Assembly: GCF_030013595.1 (NCBI RefSeq)
Contig: NZ_CP122774.1
Direction: 5' to 3' (one strand)
Length of the DNA stretch: 5,732 nucleotides
Origin: Escherichia coli
GTDB taxonomy: Bacteria > Pseudomonadota > Gammaproteobacteria > Enterobacterales > Enterobacteriaceae
The notes under the pieces are model-generated. The model made no database searches. It saw nothing but the letters and a program-made list of their open reading frames with translations, and was not told the origin of the DNA. A program made the position numbers and the translations under genes. This document shows, piece after piece, positions 4,694 through 5,732 of the stretch (the first letter of the stretch is position 1; each line of letters begins with the position of its first letter).

Positions 4694-4858
4694 ATGATGG
4701 ACAAAGATACCACCACCCTAAAACGCACTTTGGCTCATAATCGAGCCTTTAGCGATAATATTAACCGCAGTGGCATAGCCTGGTGCTATAACACTGAGAT
4801 TGTACTCGCTGCTTGTGAGGCGATTGAAGCCGAACTACAACGGCGAGGATGTTTGTAA
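4694..4858 (+). CDS. Small hypothetical protein, 54 aa (below the ORF-track cutoff)
   Basis: Hand translation gives MMDKDTTTLKRTLAHNRAFSDNINRSGIAWCYNTEIVLAACEAIEAELQRRGCL, ending at TAA 4856-4858. GGAG (4684-4687) lies 6 nt before ATG 4694. A strong terminator begins 8 nt after the stop. An in-frame ATG at 4682 is an alternative start. Confidence 0.5.
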   Translation: MMDKDTTTLKRTLAHNRAFSDNINRSGIAWCYNTEIVLAACEAIEAELQRRGCL

Positions 4859-4865
4859 CAATAAG

Positions 4866-4889
4866 AAAACCCGCATCAGCGGGTTTTTT
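4866..4889 (+). terminator. Rho-independent terminator
   Basis: aaaacccgc-atca-gcgggtttttt. The stem is 4866-4874 paired with 4879-4887, the loop is atca, and the T run ends at 4889. Confidence 0.8.
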
Positions 4890-4960
4890 AGTCTCTGAGA
4901 CGCGCTACCGCTAAATTATTTTTCTCTCTATCCGCCCTGGCTTGCCCCCTACAACCCCAT

Positions 4961-5005
4961 GGAGCACAAGGAGCACAGGGAGAACCATCGAGCACAACGA
5001 GCACC
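4961..5005 (+). repeat. Five tandem, phased GAG(C/A)AC(A) repeats (iteron- or operator-like)
   Basis: GAGCAC occurs at 4962, 4971, 4990 and 4999, and GAGAAC at 4980. Spacings are 9, 9, 10 and 9 bp. The array sits in a GC-rich patch immediately 5' of a very AT-rich tract and the wHTH gene. Confidence 0.6.
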
Positions 5006-5054
5006 GCCTTCCTCTTATAAATCATTATTAATCATATAATTAAACAACTTCATT

Positions 5055-5068
5055 GTAATATATATTAC
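5055..5068. repeat. Perfect 14-bp palindrome GTAATATATATTAC in the AT-rich tract
   Basis: The sequence read directly is self-complementary over all 14 bp. A related tgtaat recurs at 5084-5089. Confidence 0.5.
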
Positions 5069-5163
5069 TTTTTATGTTTTTAAATGTAATGTTTATTGCG
5101 ATTTAGCTTGTTTTTAACTCTATTTTTTCAGATGAGAACAAGCTGCCAGCAATGAATAACTAT

Positions 5164-5191
5164 TTGATTTTATTGGTTTTTTCAATAAATT
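5164..5191 (+). promoter_or_regulatory. Putative sigma70 promoter of the wHTH/164-aa cassette
   Basis: -35 TTGATT (5164-5169), 16-bp spacer, -10 TAAATT (5186-5191). The predicted start near 5198 is upstream of the SD GGGAG (5209-5213). In such AT-rich DNA the hexamer matches are weak evidence. Confidence 0.35.
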
Positions 5192-5219
5192 AGTGTCCAT
5201 AGACAAACGGGAGACGACT

Positions 5220-5732
5220 ATGTCCGCAAGAGCAAGAAAAGCAGGTAAGAGAAATCAGTCAGAACGACGTCAGGATTTGATTGAAAAATTGTGGGAAGAC
5301 GACGAAATCGATACTTGGCATCGACTTGAAAATGATGGGTACTCAACAGTTCCACGTTATTTGCCTTTGATAGGCGATCTCATGGATGGTCTGTCAAAAG
5401 GATCACCATTATCAACAACCTACTTGGCTTTATGGTTCAGGGTTTCTGATGAGGGGTTGATTGAAATAAGAGATAAAGCAGCACTGGCTTTTGAATCAGG
5501 GTTCGCTAGTGAAAGAGGCGTAACTACATGGGCAGGGAGAATGAAAAAGCTAAAAGAACTGGGGTTCATATCCTGTCGTGAAGGCAGCACCGGTGAATTT
5601 CATTACGTGTTAATTGTTCACCCATTAGTTGCAGTCAAAAAGCTGCTTGATGAAGGGATTATCCCTAAAGGAAAGACTTATAACATTTTGTCGGAGCGTG
5701 TAATTGAGGTGGGAGCCTCTTGGGAGGGTTAA
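5220..5732 (+). CDS. Winged-helix-turn-helix-like DNA-binding protein, 170 aa (regulator or Rep-like); proximal gene of the cargo cassette
   Basis: GGGAG (5209-5213) lies 6 nt before ATG 5220, which I prefer to the track GTG at 5193. The layout GYSTVPRYLPL..L...LS..STTYLALWFRV(7)IEIRDKAALAFESGFASERGVTTWAGRMKKLKELGFISCREGSTGEFHYVLIVHP is the helix/helix/recognition-helix/beta-wing pattern of MarR-, RepL- and replisome-organiser-type wHTH domains. The N-terminus is basic, MSARARKAGKRNQSERR. The family is not identified. Confidence 0.65.
   Translation: MSARARKAGKRNQSERRQDLIEKLWEDDEIDTWHRLENDGYSTVPRYLPLIGDLMDGLSKGSPLSTTYLALWFRVSDEGLIEIRDKAALAFESGFASERGVTTWAGRMKKLKELGFISCREGSTGEFHYVLIVHPLVAVKKLLDEGIIPKGKTYNILSERVIEVGASWEG

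Noticed and set aside
4663-4740. 25-codon ORF MKLVNLNGDPDDGQRYHHPKTHFGS overlapping the 54-aa gene start
   Set aside because: Its GGGAG is only 1 nt from the ATG. It is out of frame with the better-supported 4694 ORF, which has a proper SD spacing and a terminator.
4961-5005. CRISPR-like or coding tandem repeat
   Set aside because: The units are only 9-10 bp with no spacers, far too short for CRISPR. No ORF spans the array.
5193-5219. GTG at 5193 as the start of the last ORF
   Set aside because: It has no SD and lies at or upstream of the predicted transcription start. ATG 5220 has GGGAG at an ideal 6-nt spacing.

Overview
The window reads as a complete or nearly complete small ColE1/pMB1-family mobilisable plasmid. 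All identifications come from reading the sequence and from my memory of ColE1/pBR322; no searches were run.

Backbone, about 1075-4580:
- A ColE1-type origin with the RNA II primer, antisense RNA I and both promoters.
- A DnaA box.
- bom/oriT carrying the ColE1 nick motif.
- rop, whose 63-aa product matches the pBR322 Rop sequence as I recall it.
- The MOB-HEN mobilisation cluster mbeC-mbeA, with mbeB and mbeD nested out of frame inside mbeA.
- A cer-like Xer multimer-resolution site.

Cargo, about 4580-5732 continuing into 1-1075. It is visibly more AT-rich and sits where ColE1 carries its colicin/immunity/lysis genes. All of it is on the + strand and none of it is recognisable to me:
- A 54-aa orphan gene with its own SD and terminator.
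- Five phased GAGCAC repeats, an extremely AT-rich tract and a 14-bp palindrome.
- A 170-aa winged-helix-like protein gene that ends at the last base of the window.
- A 164-aa orphan protein gene that starts at base 1 and is followed by a strong terminator.
- An AlpA/HTH_17-like DNA-binding gene preceded by helically phased repeats.

The last stop codon, a GGAGG 5 nt before the window end and the ATG at position 1 fit together if the ends are joined. I therefore infer a circular molecule and a two-gene operon (wHTH protein plus orphan) split by the linearisation point. That cassette and its repeat/AT-rich control region are the best candidate for something undescribed, but its function cannot be assigned from sequence alone.

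I saw no rRNA, tRNA, CRISPR array, IS element or transposase.
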